From NCBI GenBank assembly GCA_963736855.1, contig CAVTQK010000015.1, positions 64,001 through 128,000 on the forward strand: a DNA stretch of 64,000 nt, given 5' to 3'. A model generated the notes under the pieces. That model did no database searches, was not told the DNA's origin, and saw nothing but the letters and a program-made list of their open reading frames with translations. The translations under genes and the position numbers were made by a program. The DNA comes from an uncultured delta proteobacterium. GTDB lineage: Bacteria; Desulfobacterota; Desulfobacteria; Desulfobacterales; UBA2156. Position 1 is the first letter of the stretch; each line of letters begins with the position of its first letter. Positions 29,280 to 38,576 of this stretch are shown one piece after another.

Positions 29280-29816
29280 ATGAACCAGGTGATTCTTCAA
29301 AACAACGGCATCCTCCTCCATGAAACGAAAGTCGTGACGGGAGGGCCACTCCCTTTTCTCAATCATGAGATCCTGTTGGATGTCGGATTTACGCTCAGGA
29401 GTTATTTTCGAATGCTGGGAGCATATTCGATCCTGCAGGAATTGAACGCTTTTATTTCCATGCTCATGGAGCAGTATCGGAAAAGTCCTGGAAGCGGGTG
29501 CACCTACCCCGGATTGGATCATCTGGAGTTCAACAGAACGGTGGAAATGATCGGTTTCCCCGGAAAACCTAAAATGGAAATTTACACCGTTTTTCAAGGA
29601 GTTAGAAAAATGGAGCGCCTCGAGATCCGATCCATTCGCATCGAAAACCTTTTAGATATGCCGGTGAAACTGGGACGATTGAAACACATTGTCTTCGGAG
29701 ATAAAATGGACGTGTTTGAATTCGATACGATTTACACCCTATTTGAGTTCGTGGATGGAATCGCCTGGGAACTCAGTTTTCATGGAACCCCCATGGAATG
29801 CCAGATAAGGAGATGA
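29280..29816 (+). CDS. Hypothetical protein within the hmc operon
   Basis: 178-aa ORF tightly packed between hmcF and the USP gene. Confidence 0.75.
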   Translation: MNQVILQNNGILLHETKVVTGGPLPFLNHEILLDVGFTLRSYFRMLGAYSILQELNAFISMLMEQYRKSPGSGCTYPGLDHLEFNRTVEMIGFPGKPKMEIYTVFQGVRKMERLEIRSIRIENLLDMPVKLGRLKHIVFGDKMDVFEFDTIYTLFEFVDGIAWELSFHGTPMECQIRR

Positions 29817-29819
29817 CCC

Positions 29820-30746
29820 ATGTTCAAAAAAATCCTTTTCGCCACAACAGCATCCCCCACCTGTGACAACGCAGCCAAGGTGGCTTTTGATCTCGAGACG
29901 AAATGGGAAGCAAAGCTGTTTGTTTTTCACGTGCTGGGCATTCCCACGCGTGGTTTCAGCTCCTTTGTCACGGACTCCCGGACCGGAGAGACGGAGACAG
30001 TGGATCTCGATTATATTGAATGGGTCAAGGAAGAAATGAAAAACACTTATGGGGATCTCCTGAAGTACAGCACCGACGTCGAAATTGACACTGTTCCCGG
30101 AGTACCGCACCGGGAAATTTTGCGAAAGGCACGGAAAGAAGATGTGGACATGATCATCATGGGCGCCCATACGCGACAGGAAGATGTGGGTGCCACCCGG
30201 TATCGGGGAGTGGTGGGAAGCACCATGCAAAAGGTGGCCAAAGCCGCCCGTTGTCCGGTCGTCATTATCAGCCGGCCGTGTACAACCTGCTGGAAACTGT
30301 TTTCCAACATCGTCTTTGGGACTGATTTTTCCAAAGCCTCGGATTATGCATTTCTCTGGGCCTTCAAACTGGCCAGGGAAATCGGTGCCGCCATCCATAT
30401 TTTTCACGCATGCGACATCAACATGGGATCGGCGGGGAGAGTCGAAGGTCAGGAGGAGATCGAGGCCAAGATACAGGCTGCCCGAAAAAAGATCGATGAA
30501 CGGTATATATCCAAAATGGACGGATATGAAAAGCATAGCGTCGAGATCTGGGAAGGGACGCCTTATGTGGAAATCCTGAAATTTTCAAGGGAAAAGCAGG
30601 CCGATCTTATTGTGATGGCACATCATGCACGGGAGCTCGACCCTGAAAAGGCTCTTCTCGGAAGCACAGTGGAACAGGTGGTTTTAAGGGCTTCATGTCC
30701 TGTGGCGAGCGTCAATCATCCGGACAAAGTTGTGGACATGGAATAG
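29820..30746 (+). CDS. Tandem-domain universal stress protein
   Basis: FKKILFAT...DMIIMGAH...GST, then NIVFGTDFS...LIVMAHH...LLGSTVEQVV. Confidence 0.93.
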   Translation: MFKKILFATTASPTCDNAAKVAFDLETKWEAKLFVFHVLGIPTRGFSSFVTDSRTGETETVDLDYIEWVKEEMKNTYGDLLKYSTDVEIDTVPGVPHREILRKARKEDVDMIIMGAHTRQEDVGATRYRGVVGSTMQKVAKAARCPVVIISRPCTTCWKLFSNIVFGTDFSKASDYAFLWAFKLAREIGAAIHIFHACDINMGSAGRVEGQEEIEAKIQAARKKIDERYISKMDGYEKHSVEIWEGTPYVEILKFSREKQADLIVMAHHARELDPEKALLGSTVEQVVLRASCPVASVNHPDKVVDME

Positions 30747-30764
30747 CATCACAGCGTTGCGTGT

Positions 30765-31163
30765 ATGGAAAAGAAGAGGATTCTCATCGTCGACGATGCC
30801 ATGGACATGCGAATTTTTCTTTCCGCCCTTTTCAACACCTCCGGTTTCCACGCGGTCGCCGTGAAAAACGGCAAGGAAGGAATCCGAAAAGCCAGAGAGA
30901 TCCGACCCCATCTGATTATACTGGACGTTATGATGCCCGACGAAGGGGGAGCGGCCATGTACCGGGATCTTAAAGCCGATAAAGGGCTTGCAAACATTCC
31001 GGTGGTGATGCTCTCCGCGGTGGAGAAGAAAACCTTCTACCATTACCTAAAAATGTATAAACTCCATCAGAACGAAGACATGCCGGAGCCGGAGGCCTAT
31101 ATGGAAAAGCCACCGGATCCCGAGGTTCTCATCAAGTTAGCCAAGACCTTATTGGCTTGTTGA
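30765..31163 (+). CDS. Single-domain response regulator (Rrf1-like position)
   Basis: ILIVDD, LDVMMP, EKP. Confidence 0.9.
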   Translation: MEKKRILIVDDAMDMRIFLSALFNTSGFHAVAVKNGKEGIRKAREIRPHLIILDVMMPDEGGAAMYRDLKADKGLANIPVVMLSAVEKKTFYHYLKMYKLHQNEDMPEPEAYMEKPPDPEVLIKLAKTLLAC

Positions 31164-31382
31164 TACAGTCCTTTATAATAAAACCCTGAAATAAGCCTCG
31201 TTTTCTCCAAGTGTGTTAATCTCGTCACTATCGGAACACCCGATTCATCCAGTGTTTTTCCATTTTGTTCTTGACTTGGAAATACCTCTTTGCTAATTCC
31301 GCTCATGATTTTTGTGCAATAATTTCTATTGGTATAAAATATTTGTCAAATTGAGCAAGCTATCAGCTTTCAGAATCCGTTA

Positions 31383-32126
31383 ATGTTTTCGCGAATCGTT
31401 CCTGTCGCCCAGAAGCCCTTGACAGTTTCCCAGGCAGCCGCTTTATGCGGGGTTAACCGAAATACCATCGGGTTCTGGATTCGTTCAAAAAAGCTCAGAG
31501 CCCAAAGAATGGGCCGGAACTATACCATTCCCGTAGAAGAGCTGATCTTTTTCTTAAAGACATCGGGGCAGCCGATTCCAGAGTCTATCGGCGGAAAGGG
31601 ACTCAGGGGACCCTATTTCCGATCCATGCAGAAATGCTGGCAGTTATTAAAGAAATCCGAACATGCGAAAGATTGTCAGGAGTGTACGGTTTTCAACAAC
31701 GAACTCGAAGTCTGCTTCACCGGAAAAGAAACCAGCACCTTCGGGTGCAAGAACGGATGTCACGAGTGCGAATATTATCTGGAGGTTTACCACTCAAGGA
31801 TCCAGTTCATTCATCAGATCGCTTTTCCGGCGGCTGTTTACAAAGACATGTTTTTTTGGGGATCCAACGAAATGTGGGCCGAACTGTGTGGAGTCAAGAT
31901 TAATGAAATGGTCGGCATGGGCATTGAGCAGTTTTACCACCCGGATTCGCTTGGAATGGTGATATCCAACAACAATAAGCGATCCTTAAAGGATCCGTCA
32001 TCTCCAAGAACGGATGTTGTTTACATTCGTACGGCAAGTGCGGAAAAGCAAAAGCTGAGCATTACGCATTACGCGTTGAACGAACCCGTCAAGGCATGGT
32101 TGCTCCTGGCGGAGTCGATGACATAA
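31383..32126 (+). CDS. Excisionase/MerR-type HTH protein with Cys-rich linker and PAS-like domain
   Basis: LTVSQAAALCGVNRNTIGFWIRSKKL; seven-Cys segment; N..WAELCG...E.VG...FYHPDS. Confidence 0.8.
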   Translation: MFSRIVPVAQKPLTVSQAAALCGVNRNTIGFWIRSKKLRAQRMGRNYTIPVEELIFFLKTSGQPIPESIGGKGLRGPYFRSMQKCWQLLKKSEHAKDCQECTVFNNELEVCFTGKETSTFGCKNGCHECEYYLEVYHSRIQFIHQIAFPAAVYKDMFFWGSNEMWAELCGVKINEMVGMGIEQFYHPDSLGMVISNNNKRSLKDPSSPRTDVVYIRTASAEKQKLSITHYALNEPVKAWLLLAESMT

Positions 32127-32174
32127 ATCGGGTCGGAGCAGGTTTTTTTAAGCCTTCACCATCAAGGAGGGAAT

Positions 32175-33437
32175 ATGATTGATCCAAGCAACTGGGACTG
32201 GGAGACAAAGGAGAAAACGATTCCTTTTAACCCATGGAAGGAGAACTTCAACTGGGTTGAAGAGCCGTATGCCAGCCCCGATGGAGAAAAGGTGGCCGCC
32301 ATCGTCAATGTGGAAGAAGGGGTATTCAGCGCCTGCGTCAACGGGGAGGTCTGGGAGACCACTTTTGATAAAATGTGGCACCTGCGGTTTACCCCGGATG
32401 GTAGGTTGTTTGCCATTGTTCAGGATACAGGTGAATGGACAGTGGCTGTGGATGGAGCGCCCTGGGAAAATAAGTTCGGCTATGTCTGGGAGCCGCTATT
32501 CAGCCGAGACGGGAAAAATATTGCCGTGGCTGCTCAACAGGACGGGGAATACAAAATGGTCCTAGACGATACGCCATGGGAAAACGCATTTAGTAACATG
32601 ACTTATTTCTCCTTAAGCCCGGACGGGACCAAAACCGCCGCTGCAGTCCAGGTGGAGGATTTCGGAGAAGGGGAAATTCATAAATTTCAGAAAGGGTGTT
32701 TCACCGCGGCCTTGAACGGGGAAGCGTGGGATACCAAATTTGTCAATGTGTGGAATATGACCATCAGCCCGGATGGAACAAATCTGGCGGCCGAGGTCAG
32801 GCTCAATCTTTATGACTATACCATCGCTGTCAACGGAAAGGCCTGGGATAAGGTCTTCGGATGTGTCTGGGAGCCGATTTTCAACCCAAAGACGGGAGGG
32901 GTGGTAGCGCCTGTCCGCATTGCGGGCAAATGGACTATGGCCGAAGATGGGAAAATCTTATGGGATGGACGGTTTTTCCAGGTATGGCACCAAGCATTCA
33001 GCCCCAATGGAGAATCCCTTGCCGCCATAGTCTCTCCGAAATACGGGAAATGGACCATTGCGGTGAACGGCCGACCTTGGGGAGCAACTTTCGGTCAAAT
33101 GGTAACGGACATGGTTTTTTCTACTGATGGGTCCCGCATTGCTGCCCTTGCCAAAGAAGGGGAACAGTGGAAGGTGGTCTGCGATGGATCCGCATGGGCG
33201 CAAACTTTTGATATGGCGTGGAAGCCGATTATCAGTTCCAACAGCAAGTACGTCGGGGCAAAGGTCGAAAAGAAAGGGAAATATTTCATTGCCGTCAACG
33301 GCCACATTTGGCCGAAAGAATGTGATGCGGCCTGGGACCCATCATTCAGTCCAGACGAGGAAAAGGTTCTGTTGAGAACAATAGAAAACGGTCAGTACAA
33401 ACGGCGTGTTCTGCCGGTTTCAGAAATCACAGGTTAA
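32175..33437 (+). CDS. tmcD: Tmc complex Trp-rich repeat subunit
   Basis: Repeats of V(N/D)G..W...F..(V/M)W...FSPDG; lies upstream of tmcCBA. Confidence 0.88.
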   Translation: MIDPSNWDWETKEKTIPFNPWKENFNWVEEPYASPDGEKVAAIVNVEEGVFSACVNGEVWETTFDKMWHLRFTPDGRLFAIVQDTGEWTVAVDGAPWENKFGYVWEPLFSRDGKNIAVAAQQDGEYKMVLDDTPWENAFSNMTYFSLSPDGTKTAAAVQVEDFGEGEIHKFQKGCFTAALNGEAWDTKFVNVWNMTISPDGTNLAAEVRLNLYDYTIAVNGKAWDKVFGCVWEPIFNPKTGGVVAPVRIAGKWTMAEDGKILWDGRFFQVWHQAFSPNGESLAAIVSPKYGKWTIAVNGRPWGATFGQMVTDMVFSTDGSRIAALAKEGEQWKVVCDGSAWAQTFDMAWKPIISSNSKYVGAKVEKKGKYFIAVNGHIWPKECDAAWDPSFSPDEEKVLLRTIENGQYKRRVLPVSEITG

Positions 33438-33449
33438 GGGGGGTGACCC

Positions 33450-34109
33450 ATGCATGATATCTACCGATTTGTGAGTGGTCCTCTGGCTTGGGTGGCGTTC
33501 ATCCTTTTTATCGGAGGAAGCTTATATCGACTAATCACCATGATCGTTGAAGTGAAAGAGAAAGAACCCTTTGTTTTTACATATATGAGCCTCAAGTACA
33601 GCCTGCGATCCATACTTCACTGGATCACACCTTTCGGCACGTTGAACTGGCGGCGAAATCCGGTTCTGACCGTGGTCACTTTCGCTTTCCACATCTGCCT
33701 TTTCCTTTCACCTATCTTTTTGCTCGCCCATGTGACGCTATGGGATGAAACGTGGAATATCAGCTGGTGGACCTTGCCCGATGGCGTGGCCGACGTCATG
33801 ACATGGATTGTGATCGCGAGTTGTGTTTTTTTCCTGATCCGGCGGTTGACGCAACGAGAGGTTCAGTTTGTCACTTTTACATCCGACTATGTCATTTTAA
33901 CCATTGTTGCGGCGCCTTTTGTCACGGGCTTTTTGGCATATCACCAGTGGTTCGGATATCCCGTCGTCATGATCCTGCATATTCTGGCAGGAGAGGTAAT
34001 GCTCGTTGCGATTCCGTTTACGAGATTGAGCCACATGCTCTTTTCACCCTTCACGCGGGCGTACATGGGATCGGAGTTCGGTGTCATTCGAAAGTCGAAA
34101 GATTATTGA
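33450..34109 (+). CDS. tmcC: Tmc complex membrane cytochrome b subunit
   Basis: Paralog of hmcE (FVSGPLAW, IPFTRLSH). Confidence 0.88.
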   Translation: MHDIYRFVSGPLAWVAFILFIGGSLYRLITMIVEVKEKEPFVFTYMSLKYSLRSILHWITPFGTLNWRRNPVLTVVTFAFHICLFLSPIFLLAHVTLWDETWNISWWTLPDGVADVMTWIVIASCVFFLIRRLTQREVQFVTFTSDYVILTIVAAPFVTGFLAYHQWFGYPVVMILHILAGEVMLVAIPFTRLSHMLFSPFTRAYMGSEFGVIRKSKDY

Positions 34110-34182
34110 TAGAATGTCGATGGAAGACAGACGAAAATTCGGCGTCCTATTAACAGGCGATCCGAAATAAGGAGGAGAAACC

Positions 34183-35538
34183 ATGGCGGAGCCAGCCGTT
34201 TTACAGGATCCGGCAAAAGAAAAAGAAGAAGAGAAAGTCGTCGATGAAGGGATCGACGTCGGCATTTCCAGACTTACGGAAGATAAAATCGAAAAGGTCA
34301 TCAACCAGGTTCTCAAAGGGGAGACCGGAGCGCGTCTTAAAACATATGTAAATACATGCATCCATTGTGGTCTTTGCAGCGAGGCATGTCATTATTACAT
34401 GTCCCACGACAAAGATCCCATTTGGTCCCCGGTGGGAAAGGTAAAACAGACCCTATGGGAGATGATCAAGAAAAAAGGTCGGGTAAGCCCCGAGTTCATC
34501 CGGAGGGCCGTCGAGATCGCACAGACCGAATGTAACCTTTGCCGTCGATGCATGCAATTTTGCCCTTTTGGAATCGACATCGCTTACTTAATCGCAACAG
34601 TCCGGAGGATTTGTCACAAGTTGGGGGTCACACCGCGATACATCCAGGACACGGCCCACAGTCACAGTGTCACCATGAACCAGATGTGGGTCAAGGGTGA
34701 TGAATGGCCGGATACCCTTCAATGGCAGGAAGAAGAAGCTCGGGGAGAGTTCCCAAAATTGAGGATTCCCCTGGATAAGGAAGGTGCTGACATCATGTAT
34801 TCGGTCATCGCACCGGAACCCAAGTTTCAGGCACAGCTCATTTACCAGGCTGCTGCCATCATGGAAGTCGCTGGTGTGAACTGGACAATGCCCTCCTCCA
34901 TGGGGTGGGATAACAGCGACATGGCCATGTTCACCGGGGATAACGAGATCATGGGACGGGTCAAGCGGGCACATTTCGAGACGGCCGTACGGCTTCGAGT
35001 GAAACGGATCGTCATGGGCGAATGCGGACACGCCTTCCGATCGGTTTACGATACCGGGAACCGCTGGCTCGGATGGAGCGAACCTCCTATTCCCATCGTC
35101 CATGCCATCGATTTTTACTACGAGCTGCTCAAGGACAATCGGATTCCCATTAAGGAAAAATTCAAAGAGCCGGTCACACTCCATGACCCGTGTAACGTGG
35201 TTCGGGGAGGCGGTCTGGCGGAAAAATCGCGATATGTGGCCCATGCCCTGTGTGAAACCGTCATCGAGATGTATCCGAACCGGGAATATAATTATTGCTG
35301 CTGTGCCGGCGGAGGAGTCATCAACTGCGGTCCCCCTTACAAGTTAAAGCGGGTAAAGAGCAACCGGGTAAAGGCAGAACAATTGATGGATGCCAGGACC
35401 CGGGGTGCAAAGGTGATCATTTCCCCCTGCCATAACTGTCATAGCGGGTTGAAAGACATTAAAGATTACTACGACCTCCACATGGACATCAAATTTTTCG
35501 GGGATATCATTTACAAGATCATGGAGAAACCCGAATGA
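34183..35538 (+). CDS. tmcB: Tmc complex HdrD-like Fe-S subunit
   Basis: [39 protein letters not shown]. Confidence 0.9.
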   Translation: MAEPAVLQDPAKEKEEEKVVDEGIDVGISRLTEDKIEKVINQVLKGETGARLKTYVNTCIHCGLCSEACHYYMSHDKDPIWSPVGKVKQTLWEMIKKKGRVSPEFIRRAVEIAQTECNLCRRCMQFCPFGIDIAYLIATVRRICHKLGVTPRYIQDTAHSHSVTMNQMWVKGDEWPDTLQWQEEEARGEFPKLRIPLDKEGADIMYSVIAPEPKFQAQLIYQAAAIMEVAGVNWTMPSSMGWDNSDMAMFTGDNEIMGRVKRAHFETAVRLRVKRIVMGECGHAFRSVYDTGNRWLGWSEPPIPIVHAIDFYYELLKDNRIPIKEKFKEPVTLHDPCNVVRGGGLAEKSRYVAHALCETVIEMYPNREYNYCCCAGGGVINCGPPYKLKRVKSNRVKAEQLMDARTRGAKVIISPCHNCHSGLKDIKDYYDLHMDIKFFGDIIYKIMEKPE

Positions 35539-35555
35539 CTAGAAGGAGAGCCAAA

Positions 35556-35936
35556 ATGAAAAAAGGGTTGTTCATCATTGCCGGGGCTTTTTTTCTTTCT
35601 GCCATGATGTTACTCTCAGTACATTCTCAGGAAGATATGACGGAAGTGGATCGGAACGTTTTTACAAACCCGCAGAGACCGGCCGCGATGTTCAAGCATG
35701 ACGCGCACAATGAGAAAACCGGAATCGAGAACTGTAATGAGTGTCACCATGTTTACGAGGATGGAAAGATCGTGGAAGACCAGTCATCCGAAGACCAGAG
35801 GTGCTCGGATTGCCACGGCCTGAAGACGGAGGGGAATAAGCTTTCTCTAGTCAAGGCGTTCCATGTCAATTGCAAGGGGTGTCACGCAAAACAGAAAAAA
35901 GGACCGGTCATGTGCGGCGAGTGCCATGTTCGATAA
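35556..35936 (+). CDS. tmcA: Acidic tetraheme type II cytochrome c3
   Basis: Signal peptide and four CxxCH motifs (CNECH, CSDCH, CKGCH, CGECH). Confidence 0.9.
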   Translation: MKKGLFIIAGAFFLSAMMLLSVHSQEDMTEVDRNVFTNPQRPAAMFKHDAHNEKTGIENCNECHHVYEDGKIVEDQSSEDQRCSDCHGLKTEGNKLSLVKAFHVNCKGCHAKQKKGPVMCGECHVR

Positions 35937-35994
35937 CTCCGTCTTCCTAAGGCGGGAGTCTTGAAGCCAAAACCCATAGCGAAAGAGGTATGTC

Positions 35995-36345
35995 ATGGCG
36001 AAAAAAATATTAGTAATCGATGATGATCCAGTGATCGTGAAATATCTAATCAACCTCTTTGAAGACAACGGGTATGTCACTTGCACCGCTTCCAGCAGCA
36101 TGGAAGGGCTAGAGGTGGTTAAGAAGGAGAAACCGGATCTCATCACCCTGGATCTACAAATGCCCCAGGAATGGGGGCCTCGATTCTACCGAAAACTCAG
36201 ACAGGACAAAGGGCTGAAGGACACCCCGGTCATCGTCATCACGGGAATCGACGGCGACCATGCCATCAAAGATGCTGTCGCCTTTCTGAGCAAACCCTTT
36301 GATCCGGACAAGCTTCTCGGGATCGTCAAGCGGACCATCGGATAA
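35995..36345 (+). CDS. Single-domain response regulator
   Basis: ILVIDDD, TLDLQMP, SKPF. Confidence 0.92.
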   Translation: MAKKILVIDDDPVIVKYLINLFEDNGYVTCTASSSMEGLEVVKKEKPDLITLDLQMPQEWGPRFYRKLRQDKGLKDTPVIVITGIDGDHAIKDAVAFLSKPFDPDKLLGIVKRTIG

Positions 36346-36567
36346 CCGCTCTTCTCGCCGCTGCAGGCGAGAACCATTTCGTCTGCAGCGGATTTTTCGC
36401 GAGTCCTTCCCTAGTAAATGCAACCTTTTCTTCCCAAAACACCTCCAAAAGCCTGATTATTTTCGTGCATTTAGACTGTTTTTCTGGTAAAAGCTTCTAA
36501 TCTGCCTTCCGGCCCGATCCTGCGGGCGCTTACAGTCCATATCTTTTAAGATCTTAGGGCACAAACA

Positions 36568-38514
36568 ATGGATGAACGAATCCTTTTGGTAGATGACGAA
36601 GAGGGGATCCGAAAGGTTCTCGGGATTGCACTGGCCGACATTGGTTATACAGTTTTCACTGCCGAAGACGGGGATCAGGCCCTAGCTATTTTCCGGAGGG
36701 AAAGGCCGGAAATCGTACTGACCGACATCAAGATGCCGGGGATGGACGGTATTCAACTTCTCGAAGCCATTAAAAGCGAGTCCCCGGATACGGAGGTCAT
36801 CATGATCACCGGACACGGGGACATGGACCTTGCCATCAAGAGCCTCAAGCATGAAGCCACTGATTTTATCACCAAACCCATCAACGATGATGTTCTGGGG
36901 ATCGCTCTCAAGCGCGCCCACGAGCGGATTTCCATGAGAGGCCAGCTCCGGGCCTACACGGAAAACCTGGAGAATCTGGTCCGAGAAAAATCGGCCCGCC
37001 TGATGGAACTGGAGCGGCAAACGGCGGTGGGTCAGACGGTGGAAGGGCTCTCCGAAGCCATCCGGAGCATTGCCGGAGATCTGGATTCCAGACCCGGCGG
37101 CATCACCTATTTCAATGACATGCCCTGTTTTGTTTCCATTCACAACCGAGACCTGAAAGTGATTGCAACCAACGCACTGTATTCACGCCGCCTGGGAGAC
37201 CGTGTGGGAGGAAGCAGTTGGGAAATCTACACAGGGAAAAAAAATGAAATCGATGACTGCCCTGTTAAAAGAACCTTCCGGTCCGGTGTCGGCCAGCGGA
37301 GCCGTGAGACCGTGCGGTATCAGGCCGGGAAGGAAATGCCGGTCATCGTCCACACGGCGCCCATTCGCAACCGTGAAAACCAGGTGGAACTGGTAATAGA
37401 AATCGTCGCCGATGTGGGAGAAATCGAACGTCTACAGGAAGAGCTCCGGACTACCCGGCAGCGGTATCGACAGCTTTTCGACGAGGTCCCCTGCTATATT
37501 TCGGTTCAGGACCGGGAGCTTCGGGTTGTCGAGGCCAACCGGCGGTTCAAGGAAGATTTCGGAGAAGCCATCGGATCGCGCTGCCACCGAATCTATAAGC
37601 ACCGGGAAGATCCCTGCATGGATTGCCCGGTCGTTAAAACCTTCGAGGACGGCAACGCACATCAGTCCGAAATGGTAGTCACCTCTCGGACTGGAGATTT
37701 ATATAATGTCCTGATCTGGACCGCCCCCATCCGGAATGCCGCCGGAGAGATCGTTCAGGTTATGGAACTCCTCACCAACATCACCCAGATTCGCCAGCTC
37801 CAAGATCATTTATCCTCATTGGGGCTTCTCATCGGATCCATATCTCACGGCATTAAAGGTCTGCTTACCGGGCTCGACGGAGGGATGTACCTGGTTTCCT
37901 CCGGGTTTGACAAGGAAAATACGGTCCAGATCCAGGAAGGATGGGAGACGGTAAAGCTTATGGCGGACCGGATCCGAAGCATGGTGCTCAATATCCTGTA
38001 TTATGCCAAGAAGCGGAAGCTTAACTGGGAGAAAGTGGACGCGATCCGTTTCGCCAACGAAGTGGCCGCCACCGTCGAGTCAAAAATGGCGTCTCATCAT
38101 ATCCGGTTTGTGAAATCGTTTGCTCTGGACGTCGGACAGTTCGAGATAGATGTAGGGGTAGTTCACAGCGCTCTCATCAATATCCTGGAGAATGCGATGG
38201 ATGCGTGTCTTGCGGATCGGTCGGGCAAGAACTCCGAGGTTTGGTTCGTAGTGAATGCAGATATCGAAACCATCGTTTTCGAGGTGAAAGATAACGGAGC
38301 CGGAATGGATCCGGAGACAAGGGATAATCTTTTCACCCTGTTTTTTTCCACCAAAGGGAAAAGCGGGACCGGTTTGGGATTGTTTATCTCCAATAAGATC
38401 ATCGAGCAGCATGGAGGCAGGATTCAGGTTGAAAGCACTCCAGGAAGCGGTTCCTGTTTCCGGATCCACATGCCCAAAACACTCCCCGAGTCGGCCAAGA
38501 ATATGAATTCATAA
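36568..38514 (+). CDS. Hybrid kinase (REC-PAS-PAS-HisKA-HATPase)
   Basis: REC very similar to that of 21192; ISHGIKG, NAMDA, FFSTKGKSGTGLGL. Confidence 0.92.
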   Translation: MDERILLVDDEEGIRKVLGIALADIGYTVFTAEDGDQALAIFRRERPEIVLTDIKMPGMDGIQLLEAIKSESPDTEVIMITGHGDMDLAIKSLKHEATDFITKPINDDVLGIALKRAHERISMRGQLRAYTENLENLVREKSARLMELERQTAVGQTVEGLSEAIRSIAGDLDSRPGGITYFNDMPCFVSIHNRDLKVIATNALYSRRLGDRVGGSSWEIYTGKKNEIDDCPVKRTFRSGVGQRSRETVRYQAGKEMPVIVHTAPIRNRENQVELVIEIVADVGEIERLQEELRTTRQRYRQLFDEVPCYISVQDRELRVVEANRRFKEDFGEAIGSRCHRIYKHREDPCMDCPVVKTFEDGNAHQSEMVVTSRTGDLYNVLIWTAPIRNAAGEIVQVMELLTNITQIRQLQDHLSSLGLLIGSISHGIKGLLTGLDGGMYLVSSGFDKENTVQIQEGWETVKLMADRIRSMVLNILYYAKKRKLNWEKVDAIRFANEVAATVESKMASHHIRFVKSFALDVGQFEIDVGVVHSALINILENAMDACLADRSGKNSEVWFVVNADIETIVFEVKDNGAGMDPETRDNLFTLFFSTKGKSGTGLGLFISNKIIEQHGGRIQVESTPGSGSCFRIHMPKTLPESAKNMNS

Positions 38515-38576
38515 ACACCCAGCACCGTTATCATTTGAGGCTTCGGTAGATCTTGTAAGAGATTTGAGGAGATATT

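Noticed and set aside
31328..31350. Possible sigma-54 promoter upstream of the tmc block
   Set aside because: GG-N10-GC spacing is not satisfied.
31383..31560. Excisionase-like HTH as a prophage or ICE marker
   Set aside because: Fused to sensory domains, with no integrase, att site or phage genes nearby.
32175..33437. Periodic sequence that might suggest an array
   Set aside because: Protein-level Trp-rich repeats of TmcD; no identical DNA repeats with spacers. No CRISPR array was seen in the window.
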